Assembly (NCBI GenBank): GCA_031408715.1
Contig: JANNWR010000124.1
Location: forward strand, 8,021 to 72,020
Source: a bacterium
GTDB taxonomy: Bacteria > Eisenbacteria > RBG-16-71-46
Direction of reading: 5' to 3'
Length of the DNA stretch: 64,000 nt
Below the pieces are notes generated by a model, which was given only the letters and a program-made list of their open reading frames with translations, was not told the origin of the DNA and searched no databases. Below, in pieces: positions 29,881-39,344 of the stretch. Made by a program: the position numbers and the translations under genes. The number at the start of each line of letters is the position of its first letter. Within the stretch, counting starts at the first letter, position 1.

Positions 29881-30885
29881 TCAGTCCTGTCGGGCGAGAA
29901 ACCAGCGCGCAGCCGCAGCGACGTCGTCACACACCACGTCGGCCGCAGGCGAACCGGCGGGACGCTCGAGTCTCGACTCCACAGGCCCATGCCCGGTGCG
30001 CACCAGAATGCCCGCGGCGCGAACCCCCTGCCCTGCCTCTACATCGATCCACTTGTCACCGACCATCGCCGAATGCGGGAGTGACAGGCGCAGGTCGCCA
30101 GCGGCCTCGTGCAACAAACGCGTGCCCGGCTTGCGGCAGTCGCAGCCGGCTTCCGGCGCATGCGGGCAGTAGCGGATCGCGTCCAACTCCACCCCCTCCG
30201 CCCGAAGTCGCTCGCGCAAGCGCGCCATGACTTCATGCACACGAGCTTCCGGGAACAGCCCGCGACCGACACCGGCCTGATTGGAGATCACCACGACCGG
30301 ATGGCCCGCCGAGCGCACGGTACGAAGCGCCGCGGCGACGCCCGGCAGAAGCTCGACTCCATCCGGATCCGAGAGGTGATGACGCTCGGCGATCAACGTG
30401 CCGTCCCGATCGACGAAGAAGCCGGCGCGTCCCGGTCCCGCGGTGCGCCGGGCCAACGCCCGTTCACACAGCCGTTCGAGTGCCTCCGTGTCGGCGTGCA
30501 ACGCAGGTTCGGCGTCCGTGGCCTCCGCTGGCCACAGCATGAGCCGGTCGCGATCCGGTTCGCGGACTTGCGCCAGGAAGGCGTCGACCTGCGCGCCTTC
30601 GATCACGCCGTATCCGCCGGCGACAGCCCACAGCCAGCGTTCGAACATGTTCCAGCCACGGTGCCGCGCCGCTTCCAACGCCAGCACGAGCACGGGTGCC
30701 CGGCGGAGCCCGGCCAGCCAGACCGGTCCGACCGGGTCCGGTCCGCCCAGCACGACATCCGCGTCGAGATCGGATTCCCGATCACCGGCGGCGCGCACAT
30801 CTTGCCCGCGCGCGCGCAGTCCAGCGATGGCGCGTTCCAACCGCCCACCCGGCGCGAGCGCGCTCGCATGCACCACGAGCCTCAT
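29881..30885 (-). CDS. gmhB: D-glycero-beta-D-manno-heptose-1,7-bisphosphate 7-phosphatase (GmhB, HAD family) fused to an unassigned N-terminal domain of about 185 aa
   Basis: The C-terminal half carries the HAD-IIIA motifs FFVDRDGTLI, VVISNQAGVGRG, CPHAPEAGCDCRKP and MVGDKWIDVEAG. The ATG at 30885 forms an ATGA overlap with the upstream GT9 stop. The N-terminal half (MRLVVHASALAPGGRLERAIAGLRARGQDV...) resembles the first Rossmann half of a GT-B glycosyltransferase. Confidence 0.8.
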   Translation of the reverse strand: MRLVVHASALAPGGRLERAIAGLRARGQDVRAAGDRESDLDADVVLGGPDPVGPVWLAGLRRAPVLVLALEAARHRGWNMFERWLWAVAGGYGVIEGAQVDAFLAQVREPDRDRLMLWPAEATDAEPALHADTEALERLCERALARRTAGPGRAGFFVDRDGTLIAERHHLSDPDGVELLPGVAAALRTVRSAGHPVVVISNQAGVGRGLFPEARVHEVMARLRERLRAEGVELDAIRYCPHAPEAGCDCRKPGTRLLHEAAGDLRLSLPHSAMVGDKWIDVEAGQGVRAAGILVRTGHGPVESRLERPAGSPAADVVCDDVAAAARWFLARQD

Positions 30886-31889
30886 GCCACCTCTGCCAGC
30901 AGCGCGTTGGCCTGTTGCACGACCCACGCCACCGTCACCGCATCGAGGCAGCGCGTGCCGATCACGCAGCGCCGCCGCCAGCAGGGTGAGCACACCGGAG
31001 CACGATGGAGGATCCGCACGTGCGGTCCGCGCGCCGCGGTCCAGCCGCTCGCCGCCGAGCCGTAGATCTGGATCGTGGGCGATCCCGTCGCCGCCGCCAG
31101 ATGCGCAAGTCCGGAGTCATTGCAGAGCGCGAGCCGCGCCCCTGCCGCCAGTGCGACCAGCGCCGGCAGCGACGTACGGCCCGCGAGCGACACCGCCGAA
31201 ACCCCGACAGCAGACGCCACGGCCGCGCACGACTCGGTCTCCGAGGCCGTCCCGCTCACCACGACGCGCAGACCGGTCGCCGCGAAGGCCCGGCCGGCTT
31301 CCGCGAAGCGTTCGGGAAACCACTCACGCGCCGGGCCGTAGGCCGAACGCGGGCCGATGAGGACATACCCCTCGCCTGCGGCGAAGCCTGCCGCGGCGAG
31401 TGCTCTTGCCGCCTCGTCGCGTCCGGAAGCGGTCGGACTCAGCCGCGGCACCGCTACTTCGCTCAAGCCCACAGCCGCCCCCAACGCCAGGAACTCGTCC
31501 GAAAGATGTTGGTCGCCACGCGCTCGGCGCACAAGCGCATGGGTGAGAAGCGCGTCCCGCCACTCGCCGCGAAACCCGATGCGCGTTCGCGCGCCGGAGC
31601 GCCAGGCGAGCCACGCGCTCGAGAACGATGCGGGCAGCACGAACGCCAGTTGTGGTGCGAAGCGCGCCACTTGGCTGAAGGCGGCACGCCGGGCCGCCGG
31701 CTCAGGCGGGAACGCCAGGCGTTCGTCGAGCACGCCATCCTCCGCCAACGGAGCGGACGGGCCTTCCGGTCCCACGCCCAGCACGCGGGCATGCGGCCAA
31801 GCGGAACGCACCGCATGCAGCAGCGGCCGGGCCATGATGGCGTCGCCGAGCCAGTTCGGCAGCCGTACCAGGACGCGCTCGGGCGCCAA
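30882..31889 (-). CDS. waaF: Glycosyltransferase family 9 (ADP-heptose:LPS heptosyltransferase, WaaF-like)
   Basis: VLVRLPNWLGDAIMARPLLHAV and CNDSGLAHLAAATGSPTIQIYG are GT9 motifs. I chose the TTG start at 31889 because the longer ORF to 32042 overlaps the proS 3' end. The heptosyltransferase I versus II assignment is tentative. Confidence 0.75.
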   Translation of the reverse strand: MAPERVLVRLPNWLGDAIMARPLLHAVRSAWPHARVLGVGPEGPSAPLAEDGVLDERLAFPPEPAARRAAFSQVARFAPQLAFVLPASFSSAWLAWRSGARTRIGFRGEWRDALLTHALVRRARGDQHLSDEFLALGAAVGLSEVAVPRLSPTASGRDEAARALAAAGFAAGEGYVLIGPRSAYGPAREWFPERFAEAGRAFAATGLRVVVSGTASETESCAAVASAVGVSAVSLAGRTSLPALVALAAGARLALCNDSGLAHLAAATGSPTIQIYGSAASGWTAARGPHVRILHRAPVCSPCWRRRCVIGTRCLDAVTVAWVVQQANALLAEVA

Positions 31890-31900
31890 GACGGAACCGG

Positions 31901-33355
31901 CTAGTACGAGCGCGCGAACAGCGCGATGCGGTGGCCGGGTCTGGCGATCGATTCGAAGCGCGTTGCGTCCGACGGCATGCAGCGCAGAGTCGCCCCGGTC
32001 TTCGCTTTCACTTCCGCTTCGAACTCGGCGGAACCGTCCCACGCCACCGCCACGAAGCCGCGCTTGTCGGCCGCGAAGTGCGCGAGGACCTCTGCCTTCG
32101 AGGTGGCCATGACGGTGTTCGCGGTGCGGAAGTCGAGTGCCTGCTGATAGAGCGACGCCTGGATCTCGGCCAGCATCGCCGGCAACCGCTCGGCCAGTGC
32201 CGCGATCGGGATCGACTCCTTGCCGCGCGTGTCGCGCCGCACACTCATGACGGCCTGATTGGCGACATCCTTGGGCCCGATCTCGAGGCGCACCGGCACG
32301 CCGCGCAGTTCGTACTCGTTGTACTTCCAGCCCGGCGAATACTGGTCCCGGTCGTCGACGTGCAGCCGCACGCTTGCGCCCAGCGTTTCCTTGACGCGCG
32401 CGATGAAGCTCTTCACCGCCGCGCGGTCTTCTTCCTTGCGCCAGATCGGTACGATGACGGCCTGGATCGGGGCGACGTTGGGCGGCATGCGCAGCCCGGC
32501 GTCATCGCCGTGCACCATGATCAGGGCGCCGATCAGGCGCGTCGACACACCCCATGACGTCTGCCAGCAGAACTGGCGCTTGCCCTGCTCGTCCTGATAG
32601 GTGATGTCGAAGACCTTGGCGAAGTGCTGGCCGAGATGGTGCGACGTTCCGGCCTGAAGCGCTTTGCCATCCTTCATGAGCGCTTCGATCGTATAGGTCT
32701 CGTGCGCACCGGCGAAGCGTTCGGCATCGCTCTTCAAGCCCGGGAACACCGGGATCGCCAGTTCCGTCTCCACGAAATCGCGATACACCTCGAGCATACG
32801 CAGCACTTCTTCGCGCGCCTCGGATTCGTTGGCGTGCGCCGTGTGCCCTTCCTGCCACAGGAACTCGGCCGTGCGCAGGAACAGCCGCGTGACCTTCTCC
32901 CAGCGCATGACGTTGCACCACTGGTTCAGCAGGATCGGCAGGTCGCGATAGCTCTCGATCCACTTGGAGTACATGTGCCCGATGATCGCTTCACTCGTCG
33001 GACGGATGGCATAGCGCTCTTCCAGCTTCTCGTTCCCGCCATGGGTGACCCAGGCGCACTCGGGCGCGAAGCCCTCGACGTGATCGGCTTCGAGCTTCAG
33101 CAACGACTCGGGGATGAGCAGCGGGAAGTAGGCGTTCTGGTGGCCGGTCGCCTTGATGCGCTGGTCGAGCAGCCGCTGCATGTTCTCCCACAGGCCGAAC
33201 CCGTAGGGCCGGATGACCATCGAGCCGCGCACGGGCGAATAGTCGGCAAGCTGTGCCTTGCGCACGACTTCGTTGTACCAGCGGGAGAAATCGTCGGACT
33301 GGTCGGTCAGGTCCTCGACGAACTGCTTGGGCGCTTCCTTGTCGCTCACACGCAT
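31901..33355 (-). CDS. proS: Proline--tRNA ligase (archaeal/eukaryote-like short type)
   Basis: FSRWYNEVVRKAQLADYSPVRGSMVIRPYGFGLWENMQ, class II motifs, and C-terminal ...ALFARSY. I used the ATG at 33355; the longer ORF start is at 33400. Confidence 0.9.
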   Translation of the reverse strand: MRVSDKEAPKQFVEDLTDQSDDFSRWYNEVVRKAQLADYSPVRGSMVIRPYGFGLWENMQRLLDQRIKATGHQNAYFPLLIPESLLKLEADHVEGFAPECAWVTHGGNEKLEERYAIRPTSEAIIGHMYSKWIESYRDLPILLNQWCNVMRWEKVTRLFLRTAEFLWQEGHTAHANESEAREEVLRMLEVYRDFVETELAIPVFPGLKSDAERFAGAHETYTIEALMKDGKALQAGTSHHLGQHFAKVFDITYQDEQGKRQFCWQTSWGVSTRLIGALIMVHGDDAGLRMPPNVAPIQAVIVPIWRKEEDRAAVKSFIARVKETLGASVRLHVDDRDQYSPGWKYNEYELRGVPVRLEIGPKDVANQAVMSVRRDTRGKESIPIAALAERLPAMLAEIQASLYQQALDFRTANTVMATSKAEVLAHFAADKRGFVAVAWDGSAEFEAEVKAKTGATLRCMPSDATRFESIARPGHRIALFARSY

Positions 33356-33535
33356 CTCCGGGGCGAGCCGGGCCCGGTTCGGGGCACGGCGGACAGCCAA
33401 GTGGATTCAGGACGCGGCTATCCTAATGGAGTTCGCCTCAGGGCGCACCACACCGGCGCGGGCGACGGCCCGGCACCGGCTCGACAGCCTTGGGCGAGCG
33501 CGCTGCGCGTCCCCGACCCGAGCTTCGATCGTCCG

Positions 33536-35941
33536 CTAGCGGACGATGGCGAAGCGCTGCACGGCGCCCGCGGGGTTCGCGAGCACGCGCAGGTAATAAA
33601 CCCCCGACTCGAGTTCGCCGGCATCCCAGCGCAAGAGATGCACTCCGCTGCTCAGCGGGCCGTTCCACACACGCACGCGCTCACGGCCGCGCACATCGTA
33701 GACGATCGCGCTCACCCCCGAGCCGGCCGTGAGTTCCAACGACACTTCGGCCTGCCGCATGCCCGCGTCGAAACGTTGCGCGACCAGGAATCGGCCCGTG
33801 CGGTTCGGGGGTGGCTGGTCCCGGAACGTCTCGACCACCCACGGTCGCGCCACACGGCGCCCCAGCCCGTCCACCAAGGTCACTTCCAGGTCGCAGGAGG
33901 TGTCGGCCGCGAACGTCTGCGCCGGCGACGAGCCCAGCACCACGCGCAGCGGAGCGCCGACCGGGACTCGGTAGCTGCGCGACCACTGCAGCGACGCCGG
34001 CCCGACGGCGGCCACGCGCGCGGACCACGTGCCCACGCCATGCTGGGCGATCCGGCGCGGGCCCGAGATATCGAGCTGGGGCGGACGCACGGCCACGAAG
34101 AAGGGCGTGGACACCAGCGTGTCCGACCACGGCGACAGCACCGTGAGCTGCAGTTCGGTGTCCTCTTCGAAGGTCGCCTGCAGTTCGAGGCCCTCGGCCA
34201 TGTCCTGCCAGCCGGTGCACGGCCGGCCGCGACACCAGTTGCGCGAACGCCACTGGTAGCGCCCGAGCAGAGTGCTGCCACAACAGGCGCGGGCCCGGAA
34301 CGTCGCTGGGGTGCCAGGCAACACGGTCAGTGGGCCTTCGATGACGGCCTCGACCACGCCGCGGAGCTTGCGTGCCAGCAGCGCGCGCAGGATCTCGGGC
34401 TGGAGACGTCCGCCATGATGATCCACATCCGCCTGGAGCATGGCATTCGCGAACTGCGCCCACACCGGGGAACTGGGCAAGTACGTGAGCGACTCGAGCA
34501 CCAGGGAATCGGCACTCGCGCCGATCCGCTCCCGCAGATCCCACAGACCGGAGGACAGGATCATACCGTTCCCCCATTGGCTGCCGGTGCCACCGCCCGC
34601 GAAGCCGACCTGATCGTAGTGATCGTAGTTCCAGGGATCGGCGGGCTGATCCAACCGCGTCGCCCCAGTCGGGAACGTGAGATACAACCACTGAGCGATA
34701 CCGGGGTCCCCGGTGTAGGCGGCGGCGAAGTAGTCCGCGAGTGCTTCGTGCAGCGCCGAGGCTTCGCGCCGGTTCCCCGTGGCCAGCACCCCCATGCCGA
34801 AGATCACGGCATGGGTGAGCTCGTGATAGATGATGTCCTGCGAGCGCGAGACGAGCCCGACGAAACCCGGTATCGGCCGGCCGAATGAGACATAGCGGCC
34901 ACTCGTGATCGCGACATACGGGTCCAGCGCCATGTTCACGCGCAGGATCAGGGAGTCCGGCGGACCGGCATAGCCGAGCCCGGCCATGAACTCGTTCAGG
35001 AACCGGTCCGCATGCCAGTAGACATTCACCTGCTCGAAGGTCGGATGGGTCGGCGGATAGCGGTAGTCACCACCCGGGCCGAGCGGAACCGCGGGCGGCT
35101 GCAACTCATCGACCACCGCGAACGCCTTCGAGAGCAAGCCACTCCCCGGAAGCAGGCGCGGGAGCGTGACCTCGGCGAGCGGCCCGGCCGGGTCGCTGGG
35201 ATACACCAGGCCGACGGCGTCCGAGCACAGCTCATCCGACACCAGCAATCGCCCGCTCGCGGCGTCGACCCAAGAGCGCGCTTCGCGGCCGTCGGCCAGG
35301 ATCAACCGCACTCGCCACGCCAATGCGACCGAGTGTTCGTCGGGTCGCAGCCAGAGTTCCGGCCCTCCCGCCACTGGCGACCCTCCGATCGCACGGGCAG
35401 CGATACGTACGGCCTGCTCACCCAGGATCCCGGGTTCGATGGCAGCCGACAGTTCGGGCCGGAAGTTCGCGGCCAGGAACCGCAAGCGGCCATCGGCATC
35501 CACGAGGCCGCGTGCATCGGCGCCTTCGACGGGAAGACCATGCCAGTACTGACGCAACTGAATGCGATGTCGCCCGTCCACGAGGAGTTCATTCTGCTCG
35601 ACGCGGATATCGTCTTCGACAGGGGTCAGCCCGAATGCCGGTGCATGTTCGAGGACCCACGCCCGCAGTGCTTCGGCTGGCTCCGTCCGAGCCCCGGCCA
35701 GCAGCACGCTGGCTTCACGCAGCGCGATCAGCGCGCCGCTCGCCGGATCGCGCGTCACGGTCTGGGGCATGCCGTCCTGCTGGAGCAGCCGCTGCACACC
35801 GATATGCTGGGCGGGGCCGGCGAACGCGAATGAACAGCCGAACACGAGCAGGATCGCCGCGATCGCTGGCCGGAGGAACGCTGATCCGGGCGTGATCCGG
35901 CACGAGCTCGAGTCGAAGGGCTTCGGGGAAGACGAGAACAT
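33536..35941 (-). CDS. Secreted zinc metalloprotease (thermolysin/M4-like HExxH...E) with a C-terminal FlgD-Ig/T9SS-like beta-sandwich domain
   Basis: Signal-like N-terminus AIAAILLVFGCSFAFAG. Propeptide-like region (FTP/PepSY-like). Zinc site IIYHELTHAVIFGMG plus downstream LHEALADYFAAAY. The C-terminus GVHLLRWDAGELESGVYYLRVLANPAGAVQRFAIVR is typical of FlgD-Ig/T9SS-type sorting domains. Confidence 0.7.
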   Translation of the reverse strand: MFSSSPKPFDSSSCRITPGSAFLRPAIAAILLVFGCSFAFAGPAQHIGVQRLLQQDGMPQTVTRDPASGALIALREASVLLAGARTEPAEALRAWVLEHAPAFGLTPVEDDIRVEQNELLVDGRHRIQLRQYWHGLPVEGADARGLVDADGRLRFLAANFRPELSAAIEPGILGEQAVRIAARAIGGSPVAGGPELWLRPDEHSVALAWRVRLILADGREARSWVDAASGRLLVSDELCSDAVGLVYPSDPAGPLAEVTLPRLLPGSGLLSKAFAVVDELQPPAVPLGPGGDYRYPPTHPTFEQVNVYWHADRFLNEFMAGLGYAGPPDSLILRVNMALDPYVAITSGRYVSFGRPIPGFVGLVSRSQDIIYHELTHAVIFGMGVLATGNRREASALHEALADYFAAAYTGDPGIAQWLYLTFPTGATRLDQPADPWNYDHYDQVGFAGGGTGSQWGNGMILSSGLWDLRERIGASADSLVLESLTYLPSSPVWAQFANAMLQADVDHHGGRLQPEILRALLARKLRGVVEAVIEGPLTVLPGTPATFRARACCGSTLLGRYQWRSRNWCRGRPCTGWQDMAEGLELQATFEEDTELQLTVLSPWSDTLVSTPFFVAVRPPQLDISGPRRIAQHGVGTWSARVAAVGPASLQWSRSYRVPVGAPLRVVLGSSPAQTFAADTSCDLEVTLVDGLGRRVARPWVVETFRDQPPPNRTGRFLVAQRFDAGMRQAEVSLELTAGSGVSAIVYDVRGRERVRVWNGPLSSGVHLLRWDAGELESGVYYLRVLANPAGAVQRFAIVR

Positions 35942-36037
35942 GAATCCTCTGGCCGGTCAGACCGAGCCCAGTCTGGCACTGCTCCGGAACAGAAGTCCAT
36001 CCCAATCGCGTTTCGCGCACGAGGGTTGCCGCGTCCC

Positions 36038-37093
36038 TCAGCTGGCACCCGGCTGGCCCGAGAGCCGGTCACGCACGAGCGCCAGCACCTCTTCCACCCC
36101 GATCTCCAGCATGCACCTGAAGTGTCCGAGCGGGCAGGCGTTTCGGCCATGGACCGTACAGGGCTGGCAGGCCAGCTCCCGGCTGATCACCGCGTGCCCC
36201 GGGCCGCAGGGCGAGAATCCGAGCACGGGTGATGTGCTGCCGAACAGTGCCACCACCGGCCGGTCACTCGCTGCGGCCAGGTGCATGAGCCCGGAATCGT
36301 GGGTCACCGCGACCGTGCACTCCCCCAGCCAGGCCATGCTGCGTTCGAGCGGTTCGGTCGCCCACACGCCGCCGCTGGTGCCCGTCAACTGGGCCGAGAG
36401 CTTCGGGAGGGCGCGTCGTTCCGAGGCGGTCGACAACACGACGCGCTGCACGCCGATCTGCGCCAGTCCGCGCTCGAGCTCACACCAGCGTTCCTCCGGC
36501 CAGCACTTGGTGGCGTGCCGGGCTCCCGGGCACAGCGCGACGAGTGTGCCGGGACCGAGTGCGGAACGCTGGCTTCTCGCCCACTCCCGGGCGGCCGCCC
36601 CCACCGTGACGTGCGGCGCTCCGTCCGCCATGAGCCCGAGCGGGGCGAGCACCTCGGCATAGCGCGCCGTCGCGTGCGGCAGGGGTCGCGGGCGCGTCCA
36701 GCGCGCGCGCACCCAGCGCTCGCGCTGCACTCGGCTGCCGCGCAGCCGCAGCACGGGGGCTGGCAGACGGAAGGTCAGCAGTCGCGACCGCAGACTCCCG
36801 TGCAGGTCGACGATCAGGTCGCGGTCCTCGAGTTCGGCGCTCATCGAGACCAGGTCCTCGACGCGGCTGGCGTCCCGTTCGAGTGCACGCACACGCGTGA
36901 CGGCCGGGTCGTCGCGCAGCACGGCGGCGTATTCCTCCTTGACCCAGTACTGGAGATCGGCCTCGGGATATGCCCTTCGCAACGCATGCACCACCGGCAG
37001 AGTCAGCACGACATCACCCAGCGACGACAGCCGGATCACCGCGATGCGGCGGAACCCGCCTGCAGGCACCGCGAGCTTGTGAGTCGTGCTCAT
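36038..37093 (-). CDS. Glycosyltransferase family 9 (LPS heptosyltransferase-like)
   Basis: RIAVIRLSSLGDVVLTLPVVHALRRAYPEADL and THDSGLMHLAAASDRPVVALFG are GT9 motifs. ATGA overlap with the msbA stop. Confidence 0.8.
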   Translation of the reverse strand: MSTTHKLAVPAGGFRRIAVIRLSSLGDVVLTLPVVHALRRAYPEADLQYWVKEEYAAVLRDDPAVTRVRALERDASRVEDLVSMSAELEDRDLIVDLHGSLRSRLLTFRLPAPVLRLRGSRVQRERWVRARWTRPRPLPHATARYAEVLAPLGLMADGAPHVTVGAAAREWARSQRSALGPGTLVALCPGARHATKCWPEERWCELERGLAQIGVQRVVLSTASERRALPKLSAQLTGTSGGVWATEPLERSMAWLGECTVAVTHDSGLMHLAAASDRPVVALFGSTSPVLGFSPCGPGHAVISRELACQPCTVHGRNACPLGHFRCMLEIGVEEVLALVRDRLSGQPGAS

Positions 37094-38907
37094 GCGTCGC
37101 GGAACTGCAGGTCGTGCAGCCGCCGGTACGTGCCACCCGAGGCCAGCAGTTCATCGTGACGACCCTGCTGCACGATCCGCCCACCCTCGAACACGAGGAT
37201 CCGGTCGGCGTGCTGAACGGTCGACAGCCGGTGTGCGATGACCAGCACTGTGCGATCCTTCATCAGCCGTTCAAGTGCATTCTGCACCAGTCGCTCGCTC
37301 TCGGTGTCGAGCGCCGATGTCGCCTCGTCGAGGAGCAGGATCGGTGGATTGCGCAGCAGCGCCCGGGCGATCGCGAGCCGCTGGCGCTCCCCACCCGACA
37401 GCAGCACGCCGCGATCACCGATGACCGTGTCGTAGCCGCGAGGCATGCGCGACACGAACTCGTGGGCATGCGCGGCACGCGCCGCGGACTCGATCGCTGC
37501 GGGTTCGGCCTGCTCGAGCCCGTAGGCGATGTTCGCACGGACCGTGTCGTGGAACAGGATGGTCTCCTGCGAGACCACGCCGAGTTGGCCGCGCAGTGAT
37601 GCGATCGAGGCCGCACGCAGGTCGATGCCGTCGAATGTCACTCGTCCGGCGACGGGATCGTGGAAACGCGCCAGCAGGTCGAGCGTCGTGCTCTTGCCAC
37701 CGCCGCTCGTGCCCACCAGAGCGACCACTTCGCCGCGCCGGACCGAGAAGTCGACGTCGTGCAGGACGGTGCGATCGGCGTCATAGGCGAACGTCACATG
37801 CTCGTAGCGGATCTCGTGCGCGAACGGTGCCAGCACTCGCGCATCCGGGGCATCCGCGATCGACGGGGCCGTGTCGAGTAGTGCCCACACGCGATCTGCG
37901 GCGCCCAGACCCGCAGCCAGAGTGCCTCCGATCTCGCTCAGGCTCTTGACCGGGGACAGCATGCTGAGAAGTGCCGCCACGAACGTGAACAGACGCTCCG
38001 GCGGCAGCGTCCGGGTCAGGAACACCTCCCGAGCACCCATCCAGCCGATGGCGACGGCGACGAGGATGATGGCGTACTCCGACAGCGGCTTGGCGGCGGC
38101 GGAGACCCGGCGCAACCGGGTGAACGCACGAAAGTAACCGGTGTTGGCGCGTTCGAACCGCGCTTCCTCGAAGCGCTCGGCACCGAATGCCCGCACGATC
38201 CGGCCGCCGGCGATGTTCTCTTGCAGTACGCCCGTGAGCGACGCCATCTCCTCCTGCGCTCGCCCCGAACGCTTGCGCATCTTCCGGCCGATGGTGACCA
38301 ATGCCCACGCCGCAGGTGGCAGCACCACGAACGAGAACAGCGCCAGCCGCCAGGACGCCGCGAACACCATCACGAGGTAACCCGTGAAGGTCAGCCCATC
38401 CTTGAGCAGGTTGCTGATGCCAGCCGCGAGGGATCCGCGCAGCGCTTCGACGTCGCTCGTCAGGCGCGACATGATCTCGCCCGAGCGGCGCGCATTCAGG
38501 TACGACAGCGGCAGCCGCTGCAGATGCACGAACAAGCGCTGGCGGATGTCCCGCATCGCCGCCTGTTCGACCGACACGCTCAGGTAGGAGGCGGCGTAGT
38601 CGGCGGCATTCTTGATGAGGAATAGCGTCAGGATGAGGAGACAGAGCCGCTCGAACGCCACGAATGGTGGCAGCCCGGCGAGCCACTGACCGAGCACGCG
38701 CTGGACCCCGGCCAGTGCCGGCATCGTCGCTGGCGCTCCAGCGGGCATCTTGTTCTCCGCGCCCGAGAACAACACACCCATGAACGGCTGGATCAGCACC
38801 AACCAGGTGGTCGAGGCCAGCGAATACACGACCATGCACGCGATGGCGCACGCGAGCCGGAAACGGTACGGCCGCAGCAGCCCGAACAGCCGGGCAAGTG
38901 AACTCAC
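37090..38907 (-). CDS. msbA: Lipid A export ABC transporter (fused permease/ATPase), MsbA-like
   Basis: Six-TM ABC exporter domain followed by an NBD with GTSGGGKST, LSGGERQRLAIARAL and LLLDEATSALD. The GTG start at 38907 gives MSSLARLFGLLRPYRF, 2 nt past the stop of the upstream gene. The longer ORF to 39090 would overlap that gene. Confidence 0.85.
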   Translation of the reverse strand: MSSLARLFGLLRPYRFRLACAIACMVVYSLASTTWLVLIQPFMGVLFSGAENKMPAGAPATMPALAGVQRVLGQWLAGLPPFVAFERLCLLILTLFLIKNAADYAASYLSVSVEQAAMRDIRQRLFVHLQRLPLSYLNARRSGEIMSRLTSDVEALRGSLAAGISNLLKDGLTFTGYLVMVFAASWRLALFSFVVLPPAAWALVTIGRKMRKRSGRAQEEMASLTGVLQENIAGGRIVRAFGAERFEEARFERANTGYFRAFTRLRRVSAAAKPLSEYAIILVAVAIGWMGAREVFLTRTLPPERLFTFVAALLSMLSPVKSLSEIGGTLAAGLGAADRVWALLDTAPSIADAPDARVLAPFAHEIRYEHVTFAYDADRTVLHDVDFSVRRGEVVALVGTSGGGKSTTLDLLARFHDPVAGRVTFDGIDLRAASIASLRGQLGVVSQETILFHDTVRANIAYGLEQAEPAAIESAARAAHAHEFVSRMPRGYDTVIGDRGVLLSGGERQRLAIARALLRNPPILLLDEATSALDTESERLVQNALERLMKDRTVLVIAHRLSTVQHADRILVFEGGRIVQQGRHDELLASGGTYRRLHDLQFRDA

Positions 38908-38911
38908 GCCG

Positions 38912-39325
38912 TCAGGCGTCGCGGCCGCGCAGCGGAGTCGGCGGGTGGTGAGCGGCGAGTTCGGTGAGCAGGTCCGGACCGCCGCGGAAATCCGCCAGCG
39001 TGTCTTCCGGTCGGGCGCTGAGCTGACCTGCCTCGACGAGCTGGAACACCATCGTGCCGACGTCCTCGTTCGAACACACACCCCACTCACGGAACACCAT
39101 CGCAGCGAGTGGACCGAACTCCTCGCGCGCGATGCGCACGATCCCGGCGGTGAGCTCGCGCCCGCTCAGATGACGGCGCTCGGTATCGGCCAGCCGGTCA
39201 GCGGGCAGGGCGCGGACGGTCTCACCGAGTGCGGCCACGACAAACACATAGGCCTCGCGGGCGAAGTGGCTCCCGCGTTCGCGCAGCTCGTCGATGGCGT
39301 CTCGGAACATGATCTCGTGACTCAT
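38912..39325 (-). CDS. Conserved hypothetical protein, 137 aa. From memory it resembles the Minf_1886 family (TIGR04138).
   Basis: The ATG at 39325 is preceded by GGGAGGG. The sequence reads MSHEIMFRDAIDEL...RHLSGRELTAGIVRIAREEFGPLAAMVFREWGVCSNEDVGTMVFQLVEAGQLSARPEDTLADF. The family assignment is unverified. Confidence 0.5.
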   Translation of the reverse strand: MSHEIMFRDAIDELRERGSHFAREAYVFVVAALGETVRALPADRLADTERRHLSGRELTAGIVRIAREEFGPLAAMVFREWGVCSNEDVGTMVFQLVEAGQLSARPEDTLADFRGGPDLLTELAAHHPPTPLRGRDA

Positions 39326-39344
39326 GAACCCTCCCAGCGGGGGA

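Noticed and set aside
32624-34888. A 754-aa plus-strand ORF. Other long shadow ORFs include 3273..5012, 11518..13041, 43796..45268, 46579..48252, 60493..62307, 60893..62437 and 27313..28800.
   Set aside because: Each overlaps, on the opposite strand or in another frame, a gene with clear family motifs (proS/protease, gcvT, permeases, lpxB, lpxC-fabZ, purF, the TPR membrane gene). Their translations are low-complexity and Arg/Pro/Gly/His-rich.
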